Source of the DNA: Candidatus Obscuribacterales bacterium
Lineage (GTDB): Bacteria; Cyanobacteriota; Vampirovibrionia; Obscuribacterales; Obscuribacteraceae
DNA length: 64,000 nt
Assembly: GCA_965228855.1 (NCBI GenBank)
Contig: CBDDIJ010000005.1
Coordinates: forward strand, 320,001-384,000
Direction: 5' to 3'
In this document: piece after piece, positions 38,682-48,329 of the stretch
How the letters are laid out: each line of letters opens with the position of its first letter
Position numbering within the stretch: position 1 is the first letter of the stretch
Notes under the pieces: generated by a model
Told to the model about the DNA's origin: nothing
The model's input: only the letters and a program-made list of their open reading frames with translations
Databases searched by the model: none
Program-made: the position numbers and the translations under genes

Positions 38682-39074
38682 TCAACAATGCGGGGCCGGG
38701 GATATAAATCCAATTCTTGGAATCCGAAGCTCGCTAGCAGGCGGATGTTCGATTAATTCCGTCGTTCTAACGTCTTCTGAAACGTTTGCAATAAATGGGC
38801 TCAGGTCGAGATCGAAGTATATGGGAGCGAATTTTTCGACCCTCCAGAGCCCCCTCTTTAAAAGCTTCAGAGCGCCCAAGGAATTTTTTCGGAGCAGGTG
38901 GTAATAACCGACTGATATTTGAATGATGCCTTGAATCAACTCGCGATCGTCCTCGCGATATTCTTGCCAGACATGCTCAAGCGTCTCGTGACACTCAAAA
39001 AATTCTCGAGAATTGAACTCATGAATGCCTTTGAGAAAATCGTCTTGAAGATTTGAAGGAAGTGTTGCAGTCAT
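38682..39074 (-). CDS. DUF309 domain protein
   Basis: Motif FNSREFFECHETLEHVW..QGIIQ. Confidence 0.88.
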   Translation of the reverse strand: MTATLPSNLQDDFLKGIHEFNSREFFECHETLEHVWQEYREDDRELIQGIIQISVGYYHLLRKNSLGALKLLKRGLWRVEKFAPIYFDLDLSPFIANVSEDVRTTELIEHPPASELRIPRIGFISPAPHC

Positions 39075-39101
39075 ACTTAGATCAAAAATATTTTAAGGTC
39101 G

Positions 39102-41249
39102 TTAGTTCAGTCGAGCGATGGCAACAACCTGAGCATCGCGGGGCATCGACTCCATTTCGGCACGCGCCAGGGCAAGTACCTGCGTGGAATCCAGAAGACC
39201 AGACAGGTCAATGATTTTCGCTCCGGCAAGCAACACCATATCTGGTATCACTTTACCGGCATCGCCCCATTCGGAAAATTCTTCGATCAAACCGCCGATA
39301 GTTCTATCTGCCGCATCGACAGTACAATCACGAAACGCCGCATTCCGGAATTGCAGACGAATGCCACCAGCCTGGTCGAGGACGCGAACGCATCGCAAAT
39401 GATGTTTGAATAAACCCATTAGGCGTGATTCGACTTTGTCACTGGAATAAACCTGGAAGAACCTACCATCGAAGTCCAATTTCACTTTTTCAGTCGTCAC
39501 ACGCATGGACTCAGCGACCAGCACTTTGCGCTCCTCTGAGTTGCTTGCCTGTTTCACGTCCGAATCTTTAGTCATGCTGGTTGCACCACATGCGGTAGCA
39601 CGAACAACACTTGTTCGGGTGTCGATCTCGATATGCACTTCGATCGAAGCAGGGTCGGCGCCCATCTTTTCTACCGAGGCATGTGCTTCCTGACGGATTC
39701 GGAGAATATCGTCGTCTGTCGGGTTAACAACCTGGCGTTCAATGGTTTCTCTGATAAGAGCAAGACCGACTCCGATTGCAGAGATAACGTCCGCATGTTC
39801 AGCAATTTGAAAGCGCAGGTTCATCTCCTGGGCAACGAACGGGACTATCGCAGCCGCACCACCACCTCCACCGATAAGGTTGACTAAGTCAGGGTCAAGT
39901 TTATGATCTTTGATCAGCGCCTGTACGACGGGGATACACTTCTTTGCCGCCAGACGCAGCATTTCAGTCGCAGCCTCACTCGGCTGAGAATTCACGGTCG
40001 CAGCAAGTGCAGCCATCGCCGATTGAACGGAGGCGAGATTTCCCTTCGCACAATTATCTTCGGGCACGAGATTCAACAAATTTGAAGCGCAGGTCGGTGT
40101 GACGCACTGCTTACGCTCACCGGTGGCATCCTGAATCATGACGTAATCGTCCGGATCATCAGCCATTGGCTTTATAAGTTTAACGGTCGGGTTCGGAATC
40201 GGTTCTTCAAAAGCAGAATAGTGAAGACCGGCTATATGAGCGCTCCTCGGTCCAATATCAAATAACTTACCATCTCTAACTCGAGGGAGTGAGCCTCCTG
40301 CGACACCTACGGTTCGAACATCCAGGGTGCGCATATAGACGCGGTGTCCGCCGATTTCGGCAGACTTAATTTTCGCCCGACCATTGCTGATGGCAGAAAT
40401 ATCAGTGGAAGTTCCACCAACCTCGAGAAAGATGCCGTCTGAGATTCGGAGAAACATCATGGCGGCCGCCACACCGGCAGCGGGACCGGAGAGCATTGTC
40501 AAAATTGGTCGTTTCCGCATTGCGGCGATGTCCATCACACCACCATCGGAACGCATGATCATAACGGGAGCAGTGATGCCGGCATCGCGAACGCTAGACT
40601 CCGTCATGTCTGCGCTTTCGATCATTTTCGGCAGCATTGATGCGTTAATGACGGCTGTGCGCGTTCTCACCTTATAACCGTATAGTTGGCTGACTTCGTG
40701 ACCCGCAGTTGCAGGCAAATTCATTTCCCTGACGATACTAACTACAAACTCCTCATTCCTGGAATCGTCAACCGCGAAAGCCTCACTCACGGCGATGGCT
40801 TTGGCGCCTTGCTGCACAAGCCGATCTACAGCCGAAGTGACCATTTCGCGCGTGATAGGTTTTCCAGAATTGATGAACTCATGGTAGGTCGTGAGATATT
40901 TGTCCGGTGCAAGCTCAATCTTTCCAAGCTTCGAAACACCACTTGCAATACCCGCGTTGAGCCCAGCTCCCATTGAGATAATTCCGACGCTTGCAACATC
41001 TCCTTCCAGCAAGGCATTGGTCGCCTGAGTAGTCGAGTGCGCAATAAAACCGACGTCCTCAGGAGCGATATTCGCTTCGCTCAGCAGCTTCTTCAATGCC
41101 TCGATGATACCGAGGGCTACGCCTTCGGCCGCGCGGTGCGTAGTGGGAACTTTGACACGACCAACCAGTTTCATCGCTTCCGAATTAATCGCGACGGCAT
41201 GCGTGAACGTGCCACCAACATCGATACCAACTCTTATTCGCCCTGCCAT
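39102..41249 (-). CDS. Hydantoinase/oxoprolinase family protein
   Basis: Motifs GIDVGGTFT, HSTTQATNALLE, LSGPAAG and EVGGTSTDI. Confidence 0.9.
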   Translation of the reverse strand: MAGRIRVGIDVGGTFTHAVAINSEAMKLVGRVKVPTTHRAAEGVALGIIEALKKLLSEANIAPEDVGFIAHSTTQATNALLEGDVASVGIISMGAGLNAGIASGVSKLGKIELAPDKYLTTYHEFINSGKPITREMVTSAVDRLVQQGAKAIAVSEAFAVDDSRNEEFVVSIVREMNLPATAGHEVSQLYGYKVRTRTAVINASMLPKMIESADMTESSVRDAGITAPVMIMRSDGGVMDIAAMRKRPILTMLSGPAAGVAAAMMFLRISDGIFLEVGGTSTDISAISNGRAKIKSAEIGGHRVYMRTLDVRTVGVAGGSLPRVRDGKLFDIGPRSAHIAGLHYSAFEEPIPNPTVKLIKPMADDPDDYVMIQDATGERKQCVTPTCASNLLNLVPEDNCAKGNLASVQSAMAALAATVNSQPSEAATEMLRLAAKKCIPVVQALIKDHKLDPDLVNLIGGGGGAAAIVPFVAQEMNLRFQIAEHADVISAIGVGLALIRETIERQVVNPTDDDILRIRQEAHASVEKMGADPASIEVHIEIDTRTSVVRATACGATSMTKDSDVKQASNSEERKVLVAESMRVTTEKVKLDFDGRFFQVYSSDKVESRLMGLFKHHLRCVRVLDQAGGIRLQFRNAAFRDCTVDAADRTIGGLIEEFSEWGDAGKVIPDMVLLAGAKIIDLSGLLDSTQVLALARAEMESMPRDAQVVAIARLN

Positions 41250-41258
41250 CTCAATACC

Positions 41259-42671
41259 TCACTGGAAGGGCACAAATTTAAACATACACGCGAGAATCAA
41301 CCCGGCAACGGAGCATAACCAGGCATAGAGAACGGTTTTCTTAAACAATGTCTGGGTGTCTGTTCCGAGGTATGTGGCAATCCAGATGTTGTGCGTGTTA
41401 GTCGGGTCGCAGATGCCTTGAACCTGGCCGACTGACATCAGCATGCCCATGATCGCCTGACCCGAGAGGCGCGTGGAGTTTTGAACAAGTGTAATCAATC
41501 CGCTCCCCATGCCCCACAAGCTTAACGGTCCTCGGTAGAGAGCCAGAGGAGTCATAAGGGTGAAGACGATGACATAGGGAATTGCGGTTGTTGGAATGAT
41601 CCCGGCAATAATTGGACTTATGGCACCTGCGACCTTCGCATGACTCACAGAGGCGATCAGCATGCCGATACCGATCATCAAGAAAATTGCCGGAATGACG
41701 GTAGTGATACCATCTATAATGGCGCGCGTCAGCATAGTGATCGAATCTTTCTGCCATGTAGCGAGCACTCCGAACGCTATCGCAGCGACAAAGGCAGGCA
41801 TGATCCCCCACCCGCACGCCAGTACAAGAAACAATGGCAAAACCGGTGTGATCAATGCTAGCCATGTAAGTGAAGCCGTTTTGCTCCGACTTCGCATGAT
41901 GGCATTCAAAACCATCAGGCCGCAGACCACCAATGCTGCCGGCATCGACCAGGGCGCCACCGTCTGAACTGCAGACGACGTAGTCGGATTGAATCCTGCG
42001 TGCAATCCAAAGGACGCCGCAAGCAAGACACCCACGCCACCAATAAAATATTTGATGTTTTTCGCATTCTGCAACTCGATGGCGAGAAACAGCATAACCG
42101 CAAAGCAAATGATAAACGCAAAAGGAACGATAAATTGGATGATCGTGGTTTGATCGACTTTAAGAACGTCGACATAAAACTGCCAATTCGCAAGATTGAA
42201 CATGCCACCAAGACTGATACCAAACAAATAAAGACCGCCTGCAGTAGCAGTCGAGATTCCAATCGAAAGCATGACCGGCAAAATAATCGTGCCTATCATA
42301 ATTACCGCTCCCAATCCACCCAGCGTAGAGAAGAGAAGAGCAGTTACGATTGTAAGAATCATTCCAAGCACATAGGGATTGTCACCGGCAAATTCAGCAA
42401 CCCAGCGAACAAGCGCCTTGGCTATGCCGTGCCGATTCATGAGTTCGGCGAGAACCGCGCCGAACATCGTTGTCGTATATGCCGAGTGCAGCTTCACCGA
42501 GCCCTTGGTGATAACTTCGTCTAGAATATCCGGTCCCGGAATTCCACCAACCATTGCAATAGCGATCGCCATGATCGGAAGCGCAAGCAAAGCCGATACG
42601 CGCCTCGTATACATGAGACCGGCCATGATCAAAAATACGACTATGATTGCGGCAGCGACGAAAGCGGACAT
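41259..42671 (-). CDS. Ion-transporter superfamily permease
   Basis: About 12 TM helices; immediately upstream of the hydantoinase gene on the same strand. Confidence 0.75.
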   Translation of the reverse strand: MSAFVAAAIIVVFLIMAGLMYTRRVSALLALPIMAIAIAMVGGIPGPDILDEVITKGSVKLHSAYTTTMFGAVLAELMNRHGIAKALVRWVAEFAGDNPYVLGMILTIVTALLFSTLGGLGAVIMIGTIILPVMLSIGISTATAGGLYLFGISLGGMFNLANWQFYVDVLKVDQTTIIQFIVPFAFIICFAVMLFLAIELQNAKNIKYFIGGVGVLLAASFGLHAGFNPTTSSAVQTVAPWSMPAALVVCGLMVLNAIMRSRSKTASLTWLALITPVLPLFLVLACGWGIMPAFVAAIAFGVLATWQKDSITMLTRAIIDGITTVIPAIFLMIGIGMLIASVSHAKVAGAISPIIAGIIPTTAIPYVIVFTLMTPLALYRGPLSLWGMGSGLITLVQNSTRLSGQAIMGMLMSVGQVQGICDPTNTHNIWIATYLGTDTQTLFKKTVLYAWLCSVAGLILACMFKFVPFQ

Positions 42672-42767
42672 CGGTAGTACGTGCAGAGACTCGTAGAATC
42701 ACATAATTGTACTCTGCTTTGGCTGAGAAAAACCTAGCACTCCCGCATATATCCAGCATATCGAGGA

Positions 42768-43028
42768 TTACAAGCCGGCAACGAAATCCTTCACTTTTTT
42801 CGGCAGATCCGCAACCTTAGCCTTGCTGGCGTCATAATCCCAGACCTTTTTGTCGGTCTTGATCTCGCCGGCAGGAAGTTGCTCGTCTCCGATATCACCC
42901 GCATCCGTGTACTCACTCGTGTCGATTTTGTCATCTTCTTTGGCGTCGCCATTCTTCACATTGACGTCCTCGTCAGCAGTTTCGACGACCTCGTCGGAAA
43001 CATCTTTATAGTCCTTAGATTTACTCAT
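42768..43028 (-). CDS. Hypothetical acidic small protein
   Basis: GAGGG RBS; start overlaps the upstream stop. Confidence 0.55.
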   Translation of the reverse strand: MSKSKDYKDVSDEVVETADEDVNVKNGDAKEDDKIDTSEYTDAGDIGDEQLPAGEIKTDKKVWDYDASKAKVADLPKKVKDFVAGL

Positions 43029-43336
43029 TAGTGTCCCTCTTTCCTCTCTATAGTCCATCCCGACTTGTCGGATCTAGCGTCGGGGTTACCTTCAGCGACC
43101 TGATAGATCTCTTCTTCCACGTCGTTATATAGCATTCCATCACCGACTTGCTGCGGAAGACCGGGATCACGCGAGGTTTCTCCCAGCTTCTCGAGTTCCT
43201 TTTCCAGGTTCTCGATTGCTCTGTCATACCGAGGCAAACAACCACTATGCAAACTGTTATTTACGTACTTCCCATCGTGTAATTGCTTCTGCAACTTCAA
43301 ATTTTCCAATGTGTTTTTAAGGTATGTTCTGTCCAT
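43028..43336 (-). CDS. Hypothetical protein
   Basis: ORF coupled to the downstream ORF; start uncertain. Confidence 0.5.
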   Translation of the reverse strand: MDRTYLKNTLENLKLQKQLHDGKYVNNSLHSGCLPRYDRAIENLEKELEKLGETSRDPGLPQQVGDGMLYNDVEEEIYQVAEGNPDARSDKSGWTIERKEGH

Positions 43337-43546
43337 CGTAGCCGACCCATCCACCTGTTTATCCAGCAGCACCGCTGGTCTCCTTCCTAGACATTAAGAT
43401 CACGCCCAAGTTCCAATATGTTAAACACGAGTGAAAGAGGTGAAAGCCGGGAAAAAGCAAATATGCGGACGTCTAACAGCGCCAGACAGAAGACGCCGCG
43501 ACCGAATTATCGTTCACAACCTTTCTGAAGCTTGCTAAGGTAGTTC

Positions 43547-46500
43547 ATGGACTGGCCGAATCCCCAAGATTACAACGAATCGATCCAGCATCCCCATCTC
43601 TGCTTCTCCAGAGAAGACTTAAGAAGCGCGCAAATTGAGGTCAACGCGATCGGCTTGCCTCGCCCCGTCACTGGCGCCTTCGCAAGTGTTTACAAGGCAA
43701 TCAATTCTGACGGAACATTCGCTATTCGCTGTTTTCACACCGACGTACCAGATCTTGCCAGACGATACGCGGAAATCTTGAGTGAATTCAGGTCGTGGAA
43801 CTCAAAGTGTGTAATAGACACCGAGTATATCGAGGAAGGCATTTTCATTCGCGGTCGCTGGTACCCCATCGTGAAAATGAACTGGGCGGACGGTTTACCA
43901 CTGGATCGCTATCTTGCTAAACATGGTCAGAACCAGACAAAAGTCACGAATGTAGCAAAACAGCTGCGCTCCATCCTCGACGATTTAAAAGCGCGCGGTA
44001 TCGCCCACGGTGACCTACAGCATGGAAACATCCTTGTCTGCGGAGATGAAGTTAAGCTTCTAGATTACGATGGATTCTTCGTGCCGGCGCTCAAGGGACT
44101 CAAAAGCGCCGAACTTGGGCATGCAAACTATCAACATCCGTACCGCACTCGTGAACATTTTGGCAGCTACATAGACAATTTTCCGGCCTGGCTCATCACA
44201 GTCTCTCTCCTGAGCATCGCCGCAGATCCGGAACTTCTCAGCGTCGGTCACGACCGTGAGTGCCTCCTGTTTGCACATTCAGATCTCGTGTCTCCATACG
44301 AGTCCGAATTGTTCAAGAGACTCAGAGAACATCCACTTGATGAAATCAAAGAAGCCAGCCGCACTCTGATTCGTTTGCTCAGCTGCCCCGTGGAGTCAAT
44401 CCCCTTCCTGGACGCTAGCGAAGACGAGTTGCTCGATCTCCCGGAGATGGATCTGGGCGAACAAATACGATTGATCGACAACGTTTCAGAAACAGACTCT
44501 TTTCGCTTTCTCGAGCGTCCCCAGTCGCTTGCCGCGCTAGAGCAGTTGAGCACGTCGAAAAGAGTAAACAAGAATAGATTTGGCGCCCTGTTAAAACAAG
44601 CGTCGGCACAGGGCGCAGCCATGTTGTCTTCCATGATGAAACAGAATATGTCCACGCGCGAGAATGCAGCGCGTGGAGACAGCGCCTACGCAAAAGGAGA
44701 TTACGATGAAGCCATCGAATACTATCTCCGAGCATGGGAACAAACAAACGCGACAATTGAAGCCGACACAAAGCGAGGCGGAACGCGCGCGAAAGTTGGT
44801 CTGAGAAAACTAGACGATCACTTGAACATGCGGCTCGGTATCTGTCAGCTGATGAACAACAACGCCGGATCAGCTGTCTTCCACTTTAAAAACATCGTAG
44901 AAAAAGTACATGCACAGTCGAAAAACTCTTTTACTCTAGAAGCGATTGTCGGATTGATGATGGCTTACTGTCAGCAAAACCGAGCGAAAGACGCTTTGAA
45001 ATTGATGCAGGAGATGTGCGAACTGGAGAGCTTCAAAACCGCAGTCATCTCACCAGAGGAGCTTTCCGTATTGATGCTGGCTTACGGAAATGGCATGCTT
45101 GCTCAAGTTCCCGGTTTAAAGAAAGCACTACGAGTGGTGGCAAAGTATTTTGAACAGCAGCGGCAGTATGAATATGCCGCTTCACTTTACGCCTCGTCGC
45201 GAGAGCAAGAGGAAGCAGGCACTGAGAGGGAGTTGGAACTATCGCTAGTCATTGGACACTGCCACATACTTGATGGCAGACCTGACCTTGCGATGGGTTT
45301 TCTTAACAGTATCAGGAGCGCGCCAAACGCCAGTGAGCAAATTCTGGATCGAGCAGCGGTGGCACAAGCGGTGGCATTTAAGATGACAAACGAGCGACAG
45401 GATGTCGCAAAAGTGATGAGAACCCGACTGCCGGAAAACCTCTACAACTGTTTCAAAAGCGAAGCCGATGGTTTGCTGGGAAATCTGGAGGTATTTGCAG
45501 AGGTGATCGCCGCATTCGGCGCCGAGCTCGGAGAAGCTAACCTTATGGGCGGAGTGCGCATGGCGACTCGGCTGGCAGCGGATAATTTCAAACGCATCGA
45601 TGACAAAAACTCTATCGAAGAAATCAATCGCCTTCTGAATACAAATAACTTTGAGGCAGCAGACAAACTCGTTACGGAAGAGTTTCTTCAGGACGCAAAT
45701 CTGAGACGCAAGTTCTACAACAAGGCACAGATCTGCGCACGAAACCTCGCGTCATCTGGTTCTTACAGACAAGCATTCACTATATTGGCAAAATATGATT
45801 GCCCCCAAGATCTGGTAGTAGAGGCAATTGAAAACGACATTTGTGATTCAGTTCGCAGAGAGACCCGAGAGTTGAGATGGGACAGTGCCCGATTCGAACG
45901 CACGATTTCTTCAATGGAAGCCTATTTCAGCGAAGTGACGCCGAGACCAGAATTTTTCAAAAATTTGAGTGATTTGATTATCGCCAGCAACGACCGCACC
46001 GATGAATTTCTAACGGACGTTCGAAGACTGGCGGATGTGATGGCAAGTCGCCTTCCTGATGGCGGCTCGAATCAACTAGTCTTGAGAATGCGCGCCTTCG
46101 TTTTAGAAGCAGAAACAAACGAAGGCGATGATTTTAGGGAGACGGCTAAGCCGCAGAAGTCAGAATCCGCGCTCGGTGCTCAACTCATGAAAGCGACTCG
46201 GGCAGCAACAGTGTCGACAACTGAATCGACGAGAGCAAGACAACTGGAGGGCGAAGTTTTACAGACTCTGCGAATGTGCTCCCAAACAAATTGGGATGCG
46301 GCAAAATTTGAATCTGTGCTCGAACAATTTCACGAGATGAAGCGTCAGCGATCTCTTACGAAAACATTCTGCGATAAGGTTGCCTCGATAATCTTGGAAC
46401 ACTTTGCCCCGTCAAGCGGCTTGACGAGATGGAATAAACAGGCCAGCGATCTTTTAGAAGAACACGCCAGACAATTAGAATCGACGTTGACAGCGATGAT

Positions 46501-46588
46501 GGGAATTTTCGCATCGGTACCGGACATCGACCCGGGCACTCTGAGAAAGTTGAGACGGTGCATGGAAAGATTTGAAAAGCGCGGTTAA
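43547..46588 (+). CDS. Ser/Thr-kinase-like domain followed by TPR/helical repeats
   Basis: Motifs GAFASVY, HGDLQHGN and LLDYDG; TPR GDYDEAIEYY. Confidence 0.85.
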   Translation: MDWPNPQDYNESIQHPHLCFSREDLRSAQIEVNAIGLPRPVTGAFASVYKAINSDGTFAIRCFHTDVPDLARRYAEILSEFRSWNSKCVIDTEYIEEGIFIRGRWYPIVKMNWADGLPLDRYLAKHGQNQTKVTNVAKQLRSILDDLKARGIAHGDLQHGNILVCGDEVKLLDYDGFFVPALKGLKSAELGHANYQHPYRTREHFGSYIDNFPAWLITVSLLSIAADPELLSVGHDRECLLFAHSDLVSPYESELFKRLREHPLDEIKEASRTLIRLLSCPVESIPFLDASEDELLDLPEMDLGEQIRLIDNVSETDSFRFLERPQSLAALEQLSTSKRVNKNRFGALLKQASAQGAAMLSSMMKQNMSTRENAARGDSAYAKGDYDEAIEYYLRAWEQTNATIEADTKRGGTRAKVGLRKLDDHLNMRLGICQLMNNNAGSAVFHFKNIVEKVHAQSKNSFTLEAIVGLMMAYCQQNRAKDALKLMQEMCELESFKTAVISPEELSVLMLAYGNGMLAQVPGLKKALRVVAKYFEQQRQYEYAASLYASSREQEEAGTERELELSLVIGHCHILDGRPDLAMGFLNSIRSAPNASEQILDRAAVAQAVAFKMTNERQDVAKVMRTRLPENLYNCFKSEADGLLGNLEVFAEVIAAFGAELGEANLMGGVRMATRLAADNFKRIDDKNSIEEINRLLNTNNFEAADKLVTEEFLQDANLRRKFYNKAQICARNLASSGSYRQAFTILAKYDCPQDLVVEAIENDICDSVRRETRELRWDSARFERTISSMEAYFSEVTPRPEFFKNLSDLIIASNDRTDEFLTDVRRLADVMASRLPDGGSNQLVLRMRAFVLEAETNEGDDFRETAKPQKSESALGAQLMKATRAATVSTTESTRARQLEGEVLQTLRMCSQTNWDAAKFESVLEQFHEMKRQRSLTKTFCDKVASIILEHFAPSSGLTRWNKQASDLLEEHARQLESTLTAMMGIFASVPDIDPGTLRKLRRCMERFEKRG

Positions 46589-47352
46589 CGCGTTTCCAGC
46601 TTCGTCACTGGTCTTTCTTCGTCACCTCGCGACTGTGTTGCGCTTGCACGAGCTTCAAGCAACTTCGTCATCTCTGACGACGAGTTGGAAAAGCTCTGCT
46701 CGATTGCATCGCTTTCCGAAATTGGGTTCAATCCGTGATTGGTTAAGCGATCGTACTCTCGCGTAACCATCAAAGCATAGTCGAAAACGGTTCCACGATA
46801 GTTAGAGTTCAACTGGTTTATAGCGCGCTTGTATGCGTCATGGACAGCGAGTTCGACGCTTGCACCTTCGCCCCTGTATTCGGAGGTGTAGGTTTGAACT
46901 GCATAATGCTTTAGAATATCGCCGGCGAATTGGTAAACACGCTCAGCAATCATGCGATGTCCCTCCTCATGCCTGATGCACTTCTGAGGTGCCCCCGGTG
47001 GCAACCAGATAACCACAGGTAGAGACATCGAGGCATGAACGTCTTTCGGCCGGATCGTGACGAACCAGCGTCCATGCCGCTCGTCCTTTTGCAAAATGTC
47101 GACATCGTCGAACCGAACCTTGAGGTTAAACGCGAACTCGGTAAGAGCTTTTTGACCCTTTTCAAGTTTCGGCTGCGGAGTGAATGGAATCCACGGGTTA
47201 AATTCTTTACGCTCGACAGTGGGAGCGGCTTTCTCAACGAAGACCTTTTCGGACTCATCCAGTGCGATGCCATCAGCTGCGGTGGCAGCGCCGGCAGATA
47301 AAAACAGAAACGCAAATAACTGAGGTAATTTTGAAAGAACTCGGAGCCGCAT
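46585..47352 (-). CDS. Exported putative zinc metalloprotease-like protein (DUF922-like)
   Basis: Signal peptide; HEEGH motif; YDRLTNHG. Confidence 0.55.
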   Translation of the reverse strand: MRLRVLSKLPQLFAFLFLSAGAATAADGIALDESEKVFVEKAAPTVERKEFNPWIPFTPQPKLEKGQKALTEFAFNLKVRFDDVDILQKDERHGRWFVTIRPKDVHASMSLPVVIWLPPGAPQKCIRHEEGHRMIAERVYQFAGDILKHYAVQTYTSEYRGEGASVELAVHDAYKRAINQLNSNYRGTVFDYALMVTREYDRLTNHGLNPISESDAIEQSFSNSSSEMTKLLEARASATQSRGDEERPVTKLETR

Positions 47353-47418
47353 TCAGGTCAACGTTCCAACTAAGTCATGTTATCATCCTACCAGCTTCTT
47401 ACTAATGCGATTGAAACC

Positions 47419-48162
47419 ATGACATTCAACGATCATTTTTCGACTCAAGCAGCAACCTATCGCCGTTTTCGGCCAATGTATCCGAAAGAATTGTTCGATT
47501 ATCTAGCGTCGATCACGCCAGCTCATAAGAGAGCCTGGGATTGTGCGACTGGTAACGGACAGGCAGCGGTCGCACTCGCTGACTACTTTGACAAGGTCAC
47601 CGCCACTGATGCCAGCGAAGAGCAAATCCGTGAAGCGATAACTCACCCTAAGGTTTTGTACGACATATCCACCGCTGAAAATAGCGAGCTGGACGATAAT
47701 TCCCAGGATTTGATCACCATCGCAAATGCTCTGCATTGGTTTGATATGGATGCATTCTTTCTGGAGGCAAAACGCGTTCTCAAGAAGAAAGGTATTATTG
47801 CGGCGTGGTGCTATGGCGCGTTTTCGATCGAAGACAGCGTGAGTTCGGCGTTCGAGCGCATATACACAGACCTTGAGCCGTTCTGGCCGCGGCAGATAAA
47901 TCACGTGAGAGACGAATATAAATCAATCGAGTTTCCCTTTAAGGAACTCGACCATCCTGATTTCCTTATGGAGCTCGATTGGAACTTAGCTCAGTGCCTC
48001 GGATATATGTCCAGTTGGTCTGCGATTCAAAATTATCGAAAACAGCATGGCAAAGATCCGATCGAGACACACTTCGATCTGATTTGCGACGCCTGGGGTG
48101 ACTATTCGAAAAAACGCAAAGTCACATGGCAAGTACACCTTCGAGTAGGACGGGTGAAGTAG
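47419..48162 (+). CDS. Class I SAM-dependent methyltransferase
   Basis: Motifs WDCATGNGQ and ALHWFD. Confidence 0.92.
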   Translation: MTFNDHFSTQAATYRRFRPMYPKELFDYLASITPAHKRAWDCATGNGQAAVALADYFDKVTATDASEEQIREAITHPKVLYDISTAENSELDDNSQDLITIANALHWFDMDAFFLEAKRVLKKKGIIAAWCYGAFSIEDSVSSAFERIYTDLEPFWPRQINHVRDEYKSIEFPFKELDHPDFLMELDWNLAQCLGYMSSWSAIQNYRKQHGKDPIETHFDLICDAWGDYSKKRKVTWQVHLRVGRVK

Positions 48163-48329
48163 GCGTGGTTGCACACGCGCCATATCACGCCAATCAAAAT
48201 TTTCCCAGGTGGTAAAACCCGAGATTGAATCTAGTCATTCCCCCAGAATGTTCTTGAGTCTAATGGCAGTGCGCCTTTTGACCGGTCCCAATAGACTGGG
48301 TTTCATGTCGAGCGCATTGGGACAAGACT

